64,000 nucleotides of DNA from Eledone cirrhosa (GCA_964016885.1 OZ024743.1:178126001-178190000), one strand, 5' to 3'; counted from the stretch's first letter, positions 1-14,035 are shown. A program made the numbers and translations. The notes: generated by a model not told the origin, from the sequence alone.

Positions 1-1495
1 TTATTGATAAGATGGTAATGGGGAATTGCAGGAGGAGACACACTGATCTTGCCATGGGATGGATAGACTACAGAAAGGCATTTGACATGGTGCCTCATTC
101 CTGGATCACCAAAAGCCTGGAGATCTTCAGGGTGGCAGATAACATCAGACAGTTGCTAGACAGGAGTATGGGGTCCTGGGAGACAGAGTTGACATCAACT
201 GGAGTATCCTTGGGAAGCGTGAAAATCAAGAGAGGTATCTTCCAGGGAGATAGCCTGTCCCCTCTGTTGTTTGTCCTTGCCCTGATGCCCTTGACCATTA
301 TGCTGCGAAAAGTGAGAGCAGGATACAAGTTGGGAAGGGGAGAGCTTACCATCAATCACCTCCTCTTCATGGACGATCTTAAGCTCTTTGGGAAGAGTGA
401 GAAGGAGTTGGATGTGCTTGTTGACACTGTCCGTATTTTCAGCAGTGATATATGTATGCAATTTGGTATTAGTAAGTGTGGAGTCCTTGTGATGAAGAGG
501 GGTAAATTGAGTAGAAGCAACGAAATCCAGGTACCAACAGGTGAGATGATAAAGGAAGTTGACACTGAAGAAGGATACAAGTATTTGGGTGTTCTGGAGG
601 CTGATGACTTCAAGAACAAAAAAATGAAGGAATTGATAAGATCTGAATACATTCGGAGAGTAAGGAGCGTATTAAAGTCACATCTGAACAGTAGGAATGC
701 CATAAGTGCAGTAAATTCCCGAGCTGTTTCTATTATTAGGTACAGTGCGGGAATTCTGAGATGGAATGTTGCTGAACAAAAAGAAATGGATAGGAAGACT
801 AGGAAGTTATTGACTATCTACAACATGTTTCACAAGAAGAGTGATGTCGATAGACTCTATTTAAGGAGATCTGAAGCTGGAAGAGGTCTTATCAGCATAG
901 AGGACTGTGTTCAGATGGAGAAAAACAACCTACACAAATACGTGACTGATAGTAGGGAGCCAATGCTCAGAATTGTACTGAAGGAGAGGACAATAGACCA
1001 GGGGATGTCCAAGGAGGAAATAACAAGAAGGAGAAAGAGCAGCCTTCATGAAAAATCCCTTCATAGTACCTTCTTTGAGAAAACGGAATTCAGAGATCCT
1101 CAGACATGGAACTGGTTGAAAAGGGGCGACCTTAAAAAGGCTACAGAAGGAATGCTAATGGCTGCGCAAGAGCAGGCCCTCAAAACGAAGTGGCTGAAAC
1201 ACCATATTTACAAGGAGGAGGCTAGCCCACTGTACAAGATCTGTGGAGAGAGAGAGGGGACTGTTGCTCACATTGTATCCGAGTGTAAACACCTAGCCCA
1301 GACTCACTATAAAGGCTGGAGACATGATGTGATGGGCAGGGTGATCCACTGGCACCTATGCAAAGTAAACAATTTACCACATTCTGAGAAGTGATATGAG
1401 CATAAGCCAGAGTCGGTGATGGAAAACAATCAGGTGAAGGTGCTGTGGGATTTTAGGATACAGACGGACAAGAAATTAGAACACAATAGGCCATA
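1..1495 (+). mobile_element. R4/Dong-like (RLE-type) non-LTR retrotransposon fragment: RT, zinc knuckle, start of restriction-like endonuclease
   Basis: ORF 12..1394 has IDYRKAFD, GIFQGDSLSP, HLLFMDDLKL and YKYLG, a degenerate CCHC (YKICG..HIVSEC) and RHD. The TGA at 1392 sits at a W position and the frame continues YEHKPESV..LWDFRIQTDKKLEHNRP before a SINE cuts it. Confidence 0.88.
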
Positions 1496-1499
1496 ACTA

Positions 1500-1680
1500 T
1501 AATTGTTTCTACGTTAGGCACAAGGCCAGCAATTAACAGTTCATTACTGGTACTTTATTTTATCGACCCCGTAAGGATGAAAGGCAAAGTCAACCTCGGC
1601 GGGATTTGAACACAGATCGTAAAGGGACGTAACTATGCTGGAAAGCATGGCGTCCGACTCTCTACCGATACTGCCAAACC
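1500..1680 (-). mobile_element. tRNA-derived SINE with Nin/Deu-like central domain (family A)
   Basis: Reverse complement has an A box (TGGCAGTATCGG), a B box (GTTCAAATCC), the core CTTTCATCCTTACGGGGTCGATAAAATAAAGTACCAG and an (ATT)n tail. Confidence 0.8.
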
Positions 1681-1694
1681 ACGTATAATAATAA

Positions 1695-1880
1695 TCTCCT
1701 TCTAATATATAACCAGCAATTTCTCTGTTTGTCTATCTGTCTGTCCGACAGTGGAAACACGTGCGCGCGTGCGAATATTTTTTACGCACGCGTAGAGAGA
1801 GAGTGAGAGTGAAAGAAAGAGACAGACTACGAGAGGGGGATAGCGGGAGGGAGAGAGGGAGAGAGAGTGAATAGACGCTA
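1695..1880 (+). mobile_element. 5' part of non-autonomous Helitron-like repeat (second copy at 60427)
   Basis: A|TC start followed by near identity to 60427-60605. Confidence 0.55.
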
Positions 1881-3150
1881 AAACACTTAGCTTCTACCCT
1901 CAATGAGATAGGCCTTAGGATAACAGTAGCCACCAACCTCTCTAGCGTAGATTTCTTAGACATTAATTTAGACCTTCGCCCACACACCTACAGACCCCCC
2001 CCCCTCCATAAGCTAAACGAGAAACTTAATTACATTCACAAGGACTCATGCCACCCTCCCACTGTTTTTAGAAACTTCGTTAAGAATATCAGTACTAGAA
2101 TCTCAAACCTCTCCTCTAATAAGGCTATCTTTGACAGGGCGGCACCCTACTATAACACGGCGTTGGCTAACAGCGGCTTCTCACAACCATTCACCTACTC
2201 TCCCACTAGCAACAACACCATTAAGAAAAATAAGCGCATCAATAGACAAACTATCTGGTTCTCTCCTCCCTTCTCATTCAACGTTTAAACCAATGTAGGA
2301 AAAATATTTCTAGCCTCTTAGATAGACACTTCCCCATAGGTCATAAATACCGCTTCATCTTTAACCGACACAAAGTTAAACTAGGATACTTCTGCGCTAA
2401 GAACATGAAGGCCCACATCACCAGCAACCCTAGGAGCAACACCCTACCAGGGTGCTCCTGCCGTAAGCCTGAAGCTTGCCCCCTTCAACAGCAATGCAAC
2501 ACACCAGCTGTAATCTATGAAGCTGTGGTCACTTCCAACCGACCAAACGAACCACAGGAGATCAAATCCTATGTGGGCATGGCGGAGGGCTGATTCAAGG
2601 AGCGTTTCCTGAACCACCAGTCTACCTTCAGATACCCGGACAGACGTTCATCCACGAAACCGCGAGCCACGTATGGTCCCTCAAGGACTCAAGTATAGGC
2701 TACTCCATTCAATGGAAAGCCATCACTATGTCCAAGCCATACGCAAGGGGAAATCTGACGTGTGGCGTATGTATTGACGAACGAATAACTATCCTAAAGA
2801 GATTACGCAATAGTGATTGCCTAAACACGAGAAGTGAATTTTTCACACGTTGTCCACACGTCACCAAACATCTATTGCATAACTACAAGTCCGGACTGAT
2901 TCTTTGTAATTTTATTTTTAATTTTTTAAATTTTATTTTCAACCTAAAAACTTTCCGGACTTTCGCAATTATCTCCCTTACACCTCCCGCACGCAGTCTA
3001 GTATTGCCTGTGTAAAGTGACTGAGTTTCTGCGCATGCGCGTTCGTACGGTTGTCCTTCCTGTTCCTAGAACCATACACATCCCGAGCTGAAGATCCGCG
3101 AATGGTGAAACAATTGTTCTCGGTATGGTGAACTAACTGTTGTGTAACCA
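1880..3150 (+). mobile_element. 5'-truncated Naiad-type Penelope-like element (RT thumb, GIY-YIG, 3' pLTR with HHR)
   Basis: Broken frames read VDFLDINLDL..YHKLNEKLNYIHKDSCHPP, IWFSPP, CSC-x5-CPL-x3-C, IYE..YVG, CGVC..E and LNTRSE..CPH. Stops and frameshifts are present. Confidence 0.85.
3083..3123 (+). ncRNA. minimal type I hammerhead ribozyme
   Basis: CCGAG-CTGAAGA-short stem II-GAAA-CAATTG(palindrome)-TT-CTCGG. Confidence 0.7.
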
Positions 3151-3885
3151 CTTATATATATATATATAAGAATATAAGACAGTATGTAGATAAAAAAAAA
3201 TACACAAAGAAGTATGTGTTCAATTATAGTGGATAGAATACCACCAGAGTGAAAAACATATTCTCTATATCGTCTACGAAAGGGATGGAGAATACATATC
3301 AATTAAAAGAATAAATTAAAATACACAAACCATCCGTATTATAACTATAACACCTGGACAAAAAAGGGAATGTTTCGCCATAAAAAGTGAAGTTTCCATA
3401 TTGTAGAAGGGTTTATCAACGTTTTATGGCGAAATATTCTCTTATTTGAGTTTGTCCAGGTGTTAAAGTTATAATTTTTTCTACTTTTTGGCACAAGGCC
3501 AGCAATTATCCAGTGCATTACTGGTACTTTATTTTATCGTCCCCGTAAGGATGAAAGGCAAAGTTAACCTTGTTATAGTTATAATACGGATGGTTTGTGC
3601 ATTTAAATTTATTCTTTTAATTGGTATGTTTTCTCCATTCCTTTCGTAGACAATATGTTTTATACTCTGGTGGTACTCTATCCACTATAATTGAACACAT
3701 ACCTCTTTGTGTATGTTTCTCTATATACTGTCTATATAGTCTCTTATAAAGAGCCCGGATTCTATTCATTGAGCTCATTAATTTATAGGTGATTAACGTG
3801 AGTCTGTAACTCCGTTTTTTAATTTGATATATATATACCATCATCGTTTAGCGTGGAAGATGGGCATTAAACGATGATGATGATG

Positions 3886-3937
<52 letters not shown>

Positions 3938-3941
<4 letters not shown>

Positions 3942-4189
3942 CAAATAAAGATTCAGCGAGAATCGCATTTCGGCGGGCAGGAAAAGCGAAGCGAAACGCA
4001 AAAATCAGAAATGATACTGGCAAAGTGCTCAATAGTTAAAAACCAGAGCTAAACAATGTGTTAAGAAGCCATACAAAACTAAAAAGGTGGCCAAGAAGGC
4101 ATTAACCACCCAAGCCAAAAAACAAATCAAGCTAAACAGGCCAAAACAAAATAAATGATAAAAAATAAATGATAACCAGACCTGGACTC

Positions 4190-4192
<3 letters not shown>
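3938..4192 (-). repeat. truncated copy of the non-coding family at 52770-53270
   Basis: Near-identical reverse complement of 53017-53270, between (TA)n and (TG)n. Confidence 0.85.
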
Positions 4193-4286
<94 letters not shown>

Positions 4287-4454
4287 TGTGTCTGTGTGTG
4301 CGTGTGTGTGTGTGTGTGAAAGCATGCCTGCTATAAAGGTTTTCCGTTGAGGGACGAAAGAGAATCAGAGTTACTTAATACGTGAAATAGAAAGTGTACA
4401 CACTTAGAAATAGAAATTACCTCTACAAGACTAGCACTGATTCATTCGGTAGAA

Positions 4455-4762
4455 ATAATAATAATAATAATAATAATAATGAAATTATTGTGTACAGAGC
4501 TCAGGTGCACTACAACTCGTCAAAGGTGCATATATAGTACATAGAATAACGTACAAATATCAGGAAAGTGAATAGTGTATGAGTCATGATATACATGTGT
4601 GCGTGTGTATGGAGGGGGGGGGATATCATATGTAGTGTTAGCGAATTTCAGAAAGCATGGAGGTTTTAAAGGATGCAGTGTCTCGGCAGCTAACAACTGA
4701 TGCAGGTAATTTGTTCCATGCTTCAGCAACTCTGAGCGTAAAAAAATGTTTTCGAAAGTCAA
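4455..4762 (-). mobile_element. CR1-type LINE 3' end
   Basis: FRKHFFTLRVAEAWNKLPASVV is a typical CR1 C-terminus, followed by a 3' UTR and (TTA)n tail. Confidence 0.75.
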
Positions 4763-4769
4763 ACATAAA

Positions 4770-5097
4770 GATTAGTGGCACTCCGTCGGTTACGACGCCT
4801 AGAATTCCTATTGATTCGATCAACGGAATAGCTTGCACGTGAAATTAACGTGCAAGTGGCTGAGCATTCGACAAACTCGCGTCTCCTTAACTTAGTTCTC
4901 AGGAAGATTCAGCGTGATAGAGAATGTGACAAGGCTGGCCTTTCGAATTACAGGGTGCAACTTATTTTTTCAGCTGAGTGAACTGGAGAAACGTGAAATA
5001 AAGTGTCTTGCTCAAGGACACAAGGCACCACCGGTCATCGAAATTAGGACCTTACAATCGTAAACCAAACGCCCTAACAACACGCCACGCACCTTCA
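4770..5097 (-). mobile_element. tRNA-derived SINE (family B, V/Meta-like domain)
   Basis: tRNA-like head followed by GTGTCCTTGAGCAAGACACTT. Confidence 0.65.
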
Positions 5098-5259
5098 TAC
5101 ATAAAGATTACATAACATAAAGTCACTTCAGCCCTGATAGAGTCGTCATTTATTGTATTTAAAACACGGCGGAGCCTTACTTCTCTCCAGGACTTTATTT
5201 TACTTTCATTTTGTTTCAATTATTTTACATGATTTATTTTATTTGTTGATTATTTTAGT

Positions 5260-5445
5260 AGATTGGCAGTATCGGTAGAGAGTCGGACGCCATGTTTTGC
5301 AGCATAGAATTACGTCCCTTTACGTTCTGAGTTCAAATCTCACCGAGGTTAACTTTGCCTTTCATCCTTACGGGTTCGATAAAATAAAATACCAGTAATG
5401 CACTGGATAATTGCTGGCCTTGTGCCAAAAGTAGAAACAATTATT
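5260..5445 (+). mobile_element. SINE family A
   Basis: Same A/B boxes and Nin-like core as 1500-1680. Confidence 0.8.
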
Positions 5446-5487
5446 TTATTGTTCATATTTGTTTCTGTTTTAGCTGAATGAATTGTT

Positions 5488-5700
5488 AGGACACGAGCGG
5501 GCTCCTGTTTAATTTACAAATCAATCTAGCTATCTTTCTATCCCTCTACCTATCTTGTCACGATCGGGCCCTCGTTTAATTTAGCGAGCGATCTAGCTAT
5601 CTTTATATCCGTCTATCTACCTATCTATCCACTTATCTATCTTGTTACGATCGTCATCCTGTTCAATTTAGCGATCGATCTAGCTATCTAGCTATCCTGT
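5488..5700. repeat. ~70-bp diverged tandem repeat, about 3 copies
   Basis: Repeated ACGA(G/T)CG..TTTAATTTA..ATCTAGCTATCT blocks. Confidence 0.6.
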
Positions 5701-6269
5701 CTCACACCTACAACTCCCTAACCCTAACCCTGCCCAATACACCCACTTACAACTCCTTAACCCTTCTTCACATCTCCCCATCTTGCCCTACTCAGCCACC
5801 AGCAGTTACATTTAACCTGTTTCCTCTCCTCCCTCCATCGTTACCAACATATGTCTCACCTTGCCTGGCAGGTAAACAATCAGCCCTCTCCCTTTCACCA
5901 TCTACTCACCCGGACATTAACTTAATTTATTAACCGTCTCTACGTTTCTTATCAACCACTTACTAGAATTCTTCCCCCACTCCATCATAATTCCCTCACC
6001 GCCTCCACCGTCACTTACCATACATAATGATCATCACAACCACAGCTACTTCTTTGAACTCAAAACGTAAAAGGACGTAAGTAAATGAATTGACTAATAT
6101 TATCTGGATTTCCTGGTGATTTCAACTGAAAAAGACAGTGCTAGTCCTATAGATGCGATTTCTCTTTGGAATAACTTACATTTCTAGAACTTTCCTGTCT
6201 AAAGATATTCTACCTTTGCCTGGCCCCACATTAAATACTGTTGTCCGCTGTGGATCCCACTCGAAACAG

Positions 6270-6403
6270 ATAATGGCAATTAGATCTGATTGAAGGCATG
6301 TCCGGTCACTCACTCCATTGATGACTTTCTGGAGCTTGGAATCATCTGCAAAAATTCTTACGTTGCTGTGCTTGATGATGTCAGTAATGTCATTGATATA
6401 GAT
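6270..6403 (-). mobile_element. CR1/L2-like RT fragment
   Basis: IYINDITDIIKHSNVRIFADDSKL..LQSDL. Confidence 0.7.
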
Positions 6404-6560
6404 CAGTGATTCTCAACAATTGTGCAGCGGCACACAGGTGTGCCGCGAAATTTTGAACGGCACACTAAGAAAATGCGAAAAACCACGTGATCCCAATTGA
6501 GTATTCACAGTCTGTGGTGTTACATGTTGCACCACATAACTTTATTCATTTAGGGATGAG
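6404..6560. mobile_element. hAT (Charlie-like) DNA transposon end
   Basis: CAGTGATTCTCAAC terminus with subterminal GCGGCACAC/GTGTGCCGC palindrome. Partner TIR not found. Confidence 0.5.
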
Positions 6561-7407
6561 CGAAATGTTTCAAAATGTCGCATTGATAAAAATTCTATAT
6601 CTTTTGTTGTTTCGTTCATCATAAGTATTGATCATATGAATGGATATTGATCAATACTTGTCTTAAGGTTGGATCCCCCCCCCCCCCCCCCGAAAGAAAA
6701 AATATTATATCATGAATCCTTTTTTCACTTTTATGGTAGAATCTACCTCTAAAACTGAGACAAATGATATATTTCTTTTTCCTCTAAACCTCATTTTTGA
6801 TGAGATATAACCAAAATTGGTTGAAAAATAACGTAATTTTCAGAGTTCAAATTTTTCATATATATTTAGCCAGGTGCATATTGTAGCAACTTTCCAGGGA
6901 CACCAATGGTGTGTGTGTGTGTGTGTGTAAAAAGTAAACAGAAATAACAAAGCAAACGACAGAATATATACAGTAAATATATATATATATGTATACTGCA
7001 TATAGGAATCAATGCATACACACATGTACACAGACACACAAACTCATCCACATTTATATATATGTGTGTATATGCATAGACTACATAAAATAAAAAAGAA
7101 TGGATTTCCTAATGTAGATACTAAAAATGCGCTTGTCATAAGGGCAAACGTCCAACCACGTCCTTTATTCATTATAATATCTGCCGAATCTCTTGTATCG
7201 CCTCAAAATATTTAGATAGCAAAGAATAAAGCTAATAAATTTAATTATCTTTTAGTATATCCGGAAGAGAAGGAATAACGTATAAAAAGATTGGGTTTGT
7301 TAATCTGCTCCGGGCGGATACTAATGGCTGCCAATGACCACAATAAACTTAATACCAGCCATGTAAGACGCAGTTGCGATATGCCTAAGAGGAATGTATA
7401 CACAATG

Positions 7408-7460
<53 letters not shown>

Positions 7461-7461
<1 letters not shown>

Positions 7462-8398
7462 GTTTTAGTCTCGAGAGTTTTTCTTCCAGCTCGCGGTTGG
7501 CAGGCGGTGGATAGAGTGGGCGATCTAGTTGGTATATCGGGAATCTGGGTGTGGTGGATTCCGCGGTGTTGTTGTCGAGAGTCGATATCCATTTCAGTTG
7601 GTAGGCAGTCCGACAGAAATCCGTTTCTATGTCGAGCCATAGTCTGTCGTCCAGTCTCTGTTTCAATATGAACTTGGGACCCAGGCTGAGGAGGTCTAAT
7701 TTCTCTCGGGAGAGGGATCCTGTCAAGTCTGTGACGAGGTGTTTTGCGTCAGGTGTGTTGTTGGTCGGCGTGCCGCTAGGTTCGGTGTTGGTAACGTATT
7801 GTTCGCCTCTGTTGGTGTTTAGCGTTGGGATGTTGTTAAGACAGTTGGCCGTCCTGAGTTTGAGAAATTTTTGTGTTAGGCGTATTTTCTCGTAGTCTCG
7901 GCGGTGGTGGTATGACCTGTCTATAGTGGCGGAGATGACCTTGGACAGAGGTTCTGGGGTTTCAGCGAGTTGTGGTACAAGGCTGGAGATAGTCCGTATG
8001 TGATGTTGTAGCGTGCGGTGTAGGTGTTGTATGAGTTTTCTTAGGCAGAATTTTTGTATGTAACTGAGTGATCGTTTGAGGCCTGGTGATTTGAAGCATG
8101 TTGGTAGGTGTAAATTTTTGATGGTTTGGGGAATGATGTTGTTATTCAGGCATCGTTTTAGGAAATTTATTTGGCAGCCGGCTTTGGCGCGCTTTTCAGA
8201 TAGCTGGAAGAGTTTCTTTACAGTTGTGAACTGGGCCTGGCTCAGGCGTAATGAAAGGAGGAGGTTATAGTTCACTTGAAGCATTGTGTAATGAGGTATA
8301 AACGTTAGAATATGTGTAATAAGGCCAAGACAATGCAGGTATGGACATAGAAAAAAGAATGCAATAGTGAAAGATATTGATGTAAATTCGTCTTTCAC
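7461..8398 (-). pseudogene. N-terminal part of a Penelope-like element ORF, 3'-truncated by (TA)n
   Basis: QINFLKRCLNNNIIP and LSREKLDLLSLGPKF resemble the PLE pre-RT region. An HHR motif lies immediately upstream. Confidence 0.7.
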
Positions 8399-8416
8399 CT
8401 TGAATTTATTTAAATG

Positions 8417-8454
8417 TCCTTAATTTTCGAGATAATATCTCTTCTTCGGAGGGA
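8417..8454 (-). ncRNA. very minimal HHR-like motif (CCGAAGA core)
   Basis: TCCCT-CCGAAGA-AGAGAT/ATCTC-GAAA-AT-TA-AGGA. Confidence 0.45.
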
Positions 8455-8631
8455 AGTAAAGGTCTCAAACCAGCGTCTTAAATCTCTAATCAAGCCATGC
8501 TGACCGGAAATAGTATAGAGTATATGTTCTAACTTTAATATCAAAGAATTAAAATTAGGTGGATAAAGAGTAGTCTCCCTTTAAGAGGGGTTTGTTTATG
8601 TTTTTTTTTTGTTTTTTGTTTTTTTAAAACA

Positions 8632-9359
<728 letters not shown>

Positions 9360-9362
<3 letters not shown>

Positions 9363-9603
9363 AATGAATAATAACAGGTAGACATCATAAAAAGGTAATT
9401 TATTCTGTGTGCTTACAAATGTTTCCACAGTGGTTATACAGCCTAGTTATGCTATGTGCAAATTTATAACTATTTGCAAAACTCAATTATCAAATGCTGT
9501 GACCACTGTATCATCAGTGCAGAATGGTTAAAATGTAAAATGTAAATACCCTTAAGTGAGGTTATTGGGGAAGTTAGGGTAGAAAAGAAAGAGAGAAAAG
9601 AAG

Positions 9604-9655
<52 letters not shown>

Positions 9656-11245
9656 GGGGTTGGAGAAATGGGAGAGAGTGGTTTGTAGATATCTTAATCA
9701 AAATGATGTGGTAGGGGTTTTATTTTACTGGTTACTCTTAAGCGATGCGTTGATAGTCAAGGTTGGAATTATTTATTGCCACAGAGGGCAGGTTCATAGT
9801 TGTGGAGAAGGAGGGAGGTGGACCTAGGGTGAGAGTGAGAGAGAGGGGGTGGATAGAGAGGGAGAGATAGAGAGGGGACATACGAAAGCCATGGGATGGG
9901 TGTACATTGAGTTCATAGTAGTAGGCTACAAATTGCACTAAGTTTCCATTTATAGTGATAAGCAGGGTATTGTCTTGTAGAGTGGGGGAAGAGAAAGTGG
10001 TTAGCTAGAAAGCAATGTTATAGTTACGGGTTCGAATGTTAAGTTATTTTATAGTGAAAGAATTTAGCCTTCAGTTTGTGGTTGCAGTATAATGATCGTT
10101 CGATTCTCTCATTTAGTAATTTATTTTTTGATTTTAAGATGTAAAAGAGTTCAAGGTTACATAACCTACAGTACTTCAATCCACTCCGATATGCACTAGC
10201 GCTGGAAAGTATATCCCATTTCAAGGTGAACTGTTGGTTGCGTTCACGGAGTTGCCAGGTCTTGTTGGCGAGCGTGGTCACAAAACGGTGATTAGGATGT
10301 TTAATTGAGAATCGATGACGATACCAGCGAGATTTAAAGGAGGTAGTGGTAGACCCGATGTAATACCATTTCTGGTCGTTCGATTCAACAGTGCATTGGT
10401 AAACAATGTTGGACTTTAGGCATTTATTCTTCAATGGACATCTTTCAGGTAGGTGGCAGTTACAGTTTTTATTGTGGGTAGCGGGTATACCATGGATAGG
10501 TTGGGATAGCAGTACAGGTGGGTTGTGTAATACCCGTCTCCCATTTAGTGGTTGGGAGGCCGATATTACGTTATGCTCATCTGTTATTAACATATTTTGT
10601 TTTGTAGTCTTGTTTAATTGCTTTAAGTTAAGTTTTTATGTATGATTCAAGGTTTGGTGCCGTGGAGTATGATAGTTTAATAGTTTTAGAGTTCAGAATG
10701 TTACTGTATTTATGGGAACTAGGGAAATGCTTGTTGATTAACTTAAAGAATGAAGGAGATAGTTTTGTACTAATCGAAGCATTATAAATGGGATTATACC
10801 AGATATACTTTCTACAACGTGATTTATTTGGTGATGATTTTCTATTATTAGTATGTCTGGTGGTACTGCGTGTGTGCGCTTGTATTTCAGTACCCCGGTT
10901 ACGTATTCTTTGATTTCGTGTAGACCTATGTGTGTTATGGAGATACTTATCAATGTATTCTATTGTATCCCGGTGGTCGGCATTCCTTAATTTATTATTA
11001 TAGTATTCAGCATGTTCACTGAAAATCTCAGAGTAAGACGATAGGCGAGAGATTCTAAGAGAAATACTACGGGGAACCGATTTGATTATGGAAAGTGGGT
11101 GGTTTGAGTTAAAATTGATATAGGTAAGGTTTTTCCGTAGCCTTTCAAGATTTTGGTTATTTAAGTTATTAACTAATAAGAGCCCGTCATCTCTATATAT
11201 TCACCCCTGTAGATTACTAAATTTACCATGTAGTATGTGGGCTAT
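9360..11245 (-). mobile_element. Naiad-type PLE fragment (RT to GIY-YIG, 3' UTR, HHR)
   Basis: IYRDDGL at ~11190. ORF 10039..10593 has CNCHLPERCPLKNKC, IVYQC..YYIG, CRLCNLE and CNH. Confidence 0.88.
9402..9525 (-). ncRNA. HHR with long stem II
   Basis: CTGATGA-TACAGTGGT..ACCACTGTG-GAAA-CATTTG-TA. Stem I is imperfect. Confidence 0.7.
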
Positions 11246-11459
11246 GTAAATTCCCACAAGATCGGTGACCTCTGCTGAGTCGTTGGAGCCCATGGTAATG
11301 TCGAAGTTTGTGGGTCTGTCTTTACGTTCCCAGTAGCAGTTACCAAACTTGTCAGCTTTATCTCCCCTGTTTGCTGAAAATTTAAAGTAAGTGAGACTGT
11401 CACTACTCTAAAACAATAGTGTAAGGTCTTCGAAATGATTTTAATTAAGCATACAGTGT

Positions 11460-11567
<108 letters not shown>

Positions 11568-11592
11568 ATATTAAATAAATGGAAATTATATT

Positions 11593-11653
11593 TATTCTAT
11601 TATATATATTTCAAGGGTACCAAAACTTTGGTACGCTCTCAGCAGATAAAATA
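11593..11653 (-). ncRNA. HHR motif, core mutated (CTGCTGA)
   Basis: TATTTTAT/ATAGAATA stem I, GTACCAAA/TTTGGTAC stem II, GAAA-TATATA-TA. Flanks resemble 48690-48830. Confidence 0.6.
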
Positions 11654-13239
11654 CAAACTTTGTTTTATAAATATTGACATAACCAGGAAAGAAGAACTTA
11701 ACGGTTCAAGTTTTTCCTGGATAGTAAAGATAAGAACGGGAAAGAGAAGAAAAGTCAAATATTTCAAAATATTAGGATGAGTATGCAAATGAGGTTGAGG
11801 TATAATGCTGAAAAAAAAAACGTTATCGTTAGACGCTATATAGATTTAAATAATTATTAGGATATATGTATGTATGTGTAGGAAGAAGAAAGAGAAAGAA
11901 AGAAGAGCTTGTATTTACGTTAATTTAAAAGGAATTAACAGTTTGTAGGAATGGTGGAATATGATTCCAGAATTTTAAAAAATTATTTAGCTATATTATG
12001 ACTTATAATATTGTATATATAATCAATTAGATTATATGAATAATTATGGTTATAAGTACATTTTATCTTATTACATTACAATAGGTTGTAAGTGTATAAA
12101 TATCTATATACATTAATAATTGTGCAAGTATAAGTATTATTGGTGATTTTATAGAAATAAATCACAATTATTAGTTGTTTACATTTCTCATATGAGTTAC
12201 GAAGGATGTTGATTTTGTATTTTACATTAAAAAAAGACGTAGTTCAAGTTGTCAGAGGAGAAACAATTTGTAGATTCAAATATCTTGTTCCAACATTGAA
12301 AATGGTTTCAGAATATTGTTAATTTATCGAAGTTATATAGTTTATCATCCAGGTTATAGTATCTATGTTTGCTCAATTGTAAGGGAAAAGATAACTCCAA
12401 TCTTATTTGCTAACCGTTAAATACTCAGAAAGTATGTAAAGAAAATTATATATTATTTTGTGTGAGATTAATTTTTTTTCAAGGATGAGAATTTCAATTA
12501 CATATTATTTAAGTCAAAAGATGTGTGTTATGAGGGAGGTCTGGCCAATAGGCCGTGCCATGCCTTGCACACAATGAAGGAAATAAATAAATTGTTACAG
12601 TCTGCAATGAAAGGTAAAGTCAATGATCGAGTTCGATATTTTTTGTTGTTCCTCTTTTCTCCCCCTTCTTCCTCCTCCTCCGCCTCGCACAGTCGTGGCA
12701 CTCTGACCGAACAGCAATCAAGTTGCACCACGAGTTGTGAGATTTCAAGTGTAAAATACTTCCCCATGTCTATACGAACGTTTAAATTGATTAAATAAAT
12801 AATTAAATACATTCCACTCCTCTGACATTATATGTAAGTGATAGTTAGAGACCCAAATATTTGAGAAACGACAGCTTTGCTCTTTCCATTATAACTACGT
12901 TGTCTTTTAATTCCGTGTGACATATAAGTGATATTTACCGATATATCAATCCATCCAGTTTTGTTATTTAAAAGATGGTGCGATATTTTATTTTCCGAAG
13001 TTCACAGTTGTATAAATAACGTTGCAAATTGTTTATAATTCTTACAGTATGAAAATATAAACACAGATATCAATACATAATAAATGCAATTAATTATTGC
13101 GATGAACCTCACAAATATAAAGCACAAAAATATATGATGAAATAGGTAAAAAGAAAAATCCCGATCAATTCACCATTAAGTGCGACAATCAGCCACACAT
13201 CACATCGCAAGGTTCAACGGAAATTTTTGAGGCAAGCCA

Positions 13240-13730
13240 ACTCACTAGCAACATTACTGCTAGTGATGGCGAGGCTAAAACACTGGAGCAGCCAGGCACC
13301 CTCATGGGCATCACCTGATACCTCAGTAAGACTGGGTGATGGCGAGGTTAAGGTGCTGAAACAACCTGGCATCCTCACAGGCATCACCTGACACCACGGT
13401 AAGACGAGCTGCCAACGATGACAAGAACTTTACTGTCAGCGGCCCAACTCCACCGAACATCTTGAACGCCACAGGCTGGAAAAAATAGTTATTTGATAGT
13501 TCCCGGTATTTTAGGCTTTTATTCGGTTCGGCAACGGAAGCAGTGACCCCCACATTTACCACGACGTCCATGATGTGGGAGGGAGTAAAGAGTCACGACG
13601 TCCCAGATGATACACCTACCTCTTAGCCAAGGACAAAGGGTAAGGCCATCAGGTCTCTTCCCATCACTTCTGGATAATCCAGTCGGCTCCAGAACTGAGG
13701 GGATATATACCCGAGCTAGGGCTCGCTTAT
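13240..13730 (-). mobile_element. CRE-like non-LTR retrotransposon 3' fragment (RLE)
   Basis: RALAR..PSVLEPTGLSRSDGKRPDGLTLCPW..WDV, KY..L..FQPVAF and RLFQHLNLAI. Confidence 0.75.
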
Positions 13731-13829
13731 AAATATAGTTTTGTTATTTGAAAGTGTTGGTGCAGTATACTAACTATTGTTCCTACGTTGATACTTCATT
13801 CATATTAAGTAGTTATAGAAATTAAATAT

Positions 13830-14035
13830 AATGATTTCTACTTTAGGCACAAGGCCGGCAATTTGGGGGAAGGGAAAATCGATTAAATCGATCCCAGTGG
13901 TACTTTATTTTTATCGATACCGTGGGGATGAAAGGCAAAGCTAACCTCGGCAGGATTTGAACTCAGAACATAAAGGACCATAACTCTATGCTGTAAAGGA
14001 TGGTGTCTGACGCTCTACCGATTCTACTGCCAATC
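13830..14035 (-). mobile_element. SINE family A
   Basis: Same core as 1500-1680. Confidence 0.8.

Noticed and set aside
2591-2593. In-frame TGA in Naiad endonucleases as selenocysteine (also ~33647)
   Set aside because: Some Naiads are selenoproteins, but these TGAs are not at conserved Cys positions, the zinc-motif Cys codons I checked are TGT/TGC, the copies have other lesions, and no SECIS was recognised.
5717-5731. Telomeric CCCTAA repeats
   Set aside because: Only about two units, interstitial.
12523-12812. Host exon candidates (also 22930-23190 and 37352-37618)
   Set aside because: No recognisable domain or supportable splice structure; small host exons cannot be excluded without RNA-seq.
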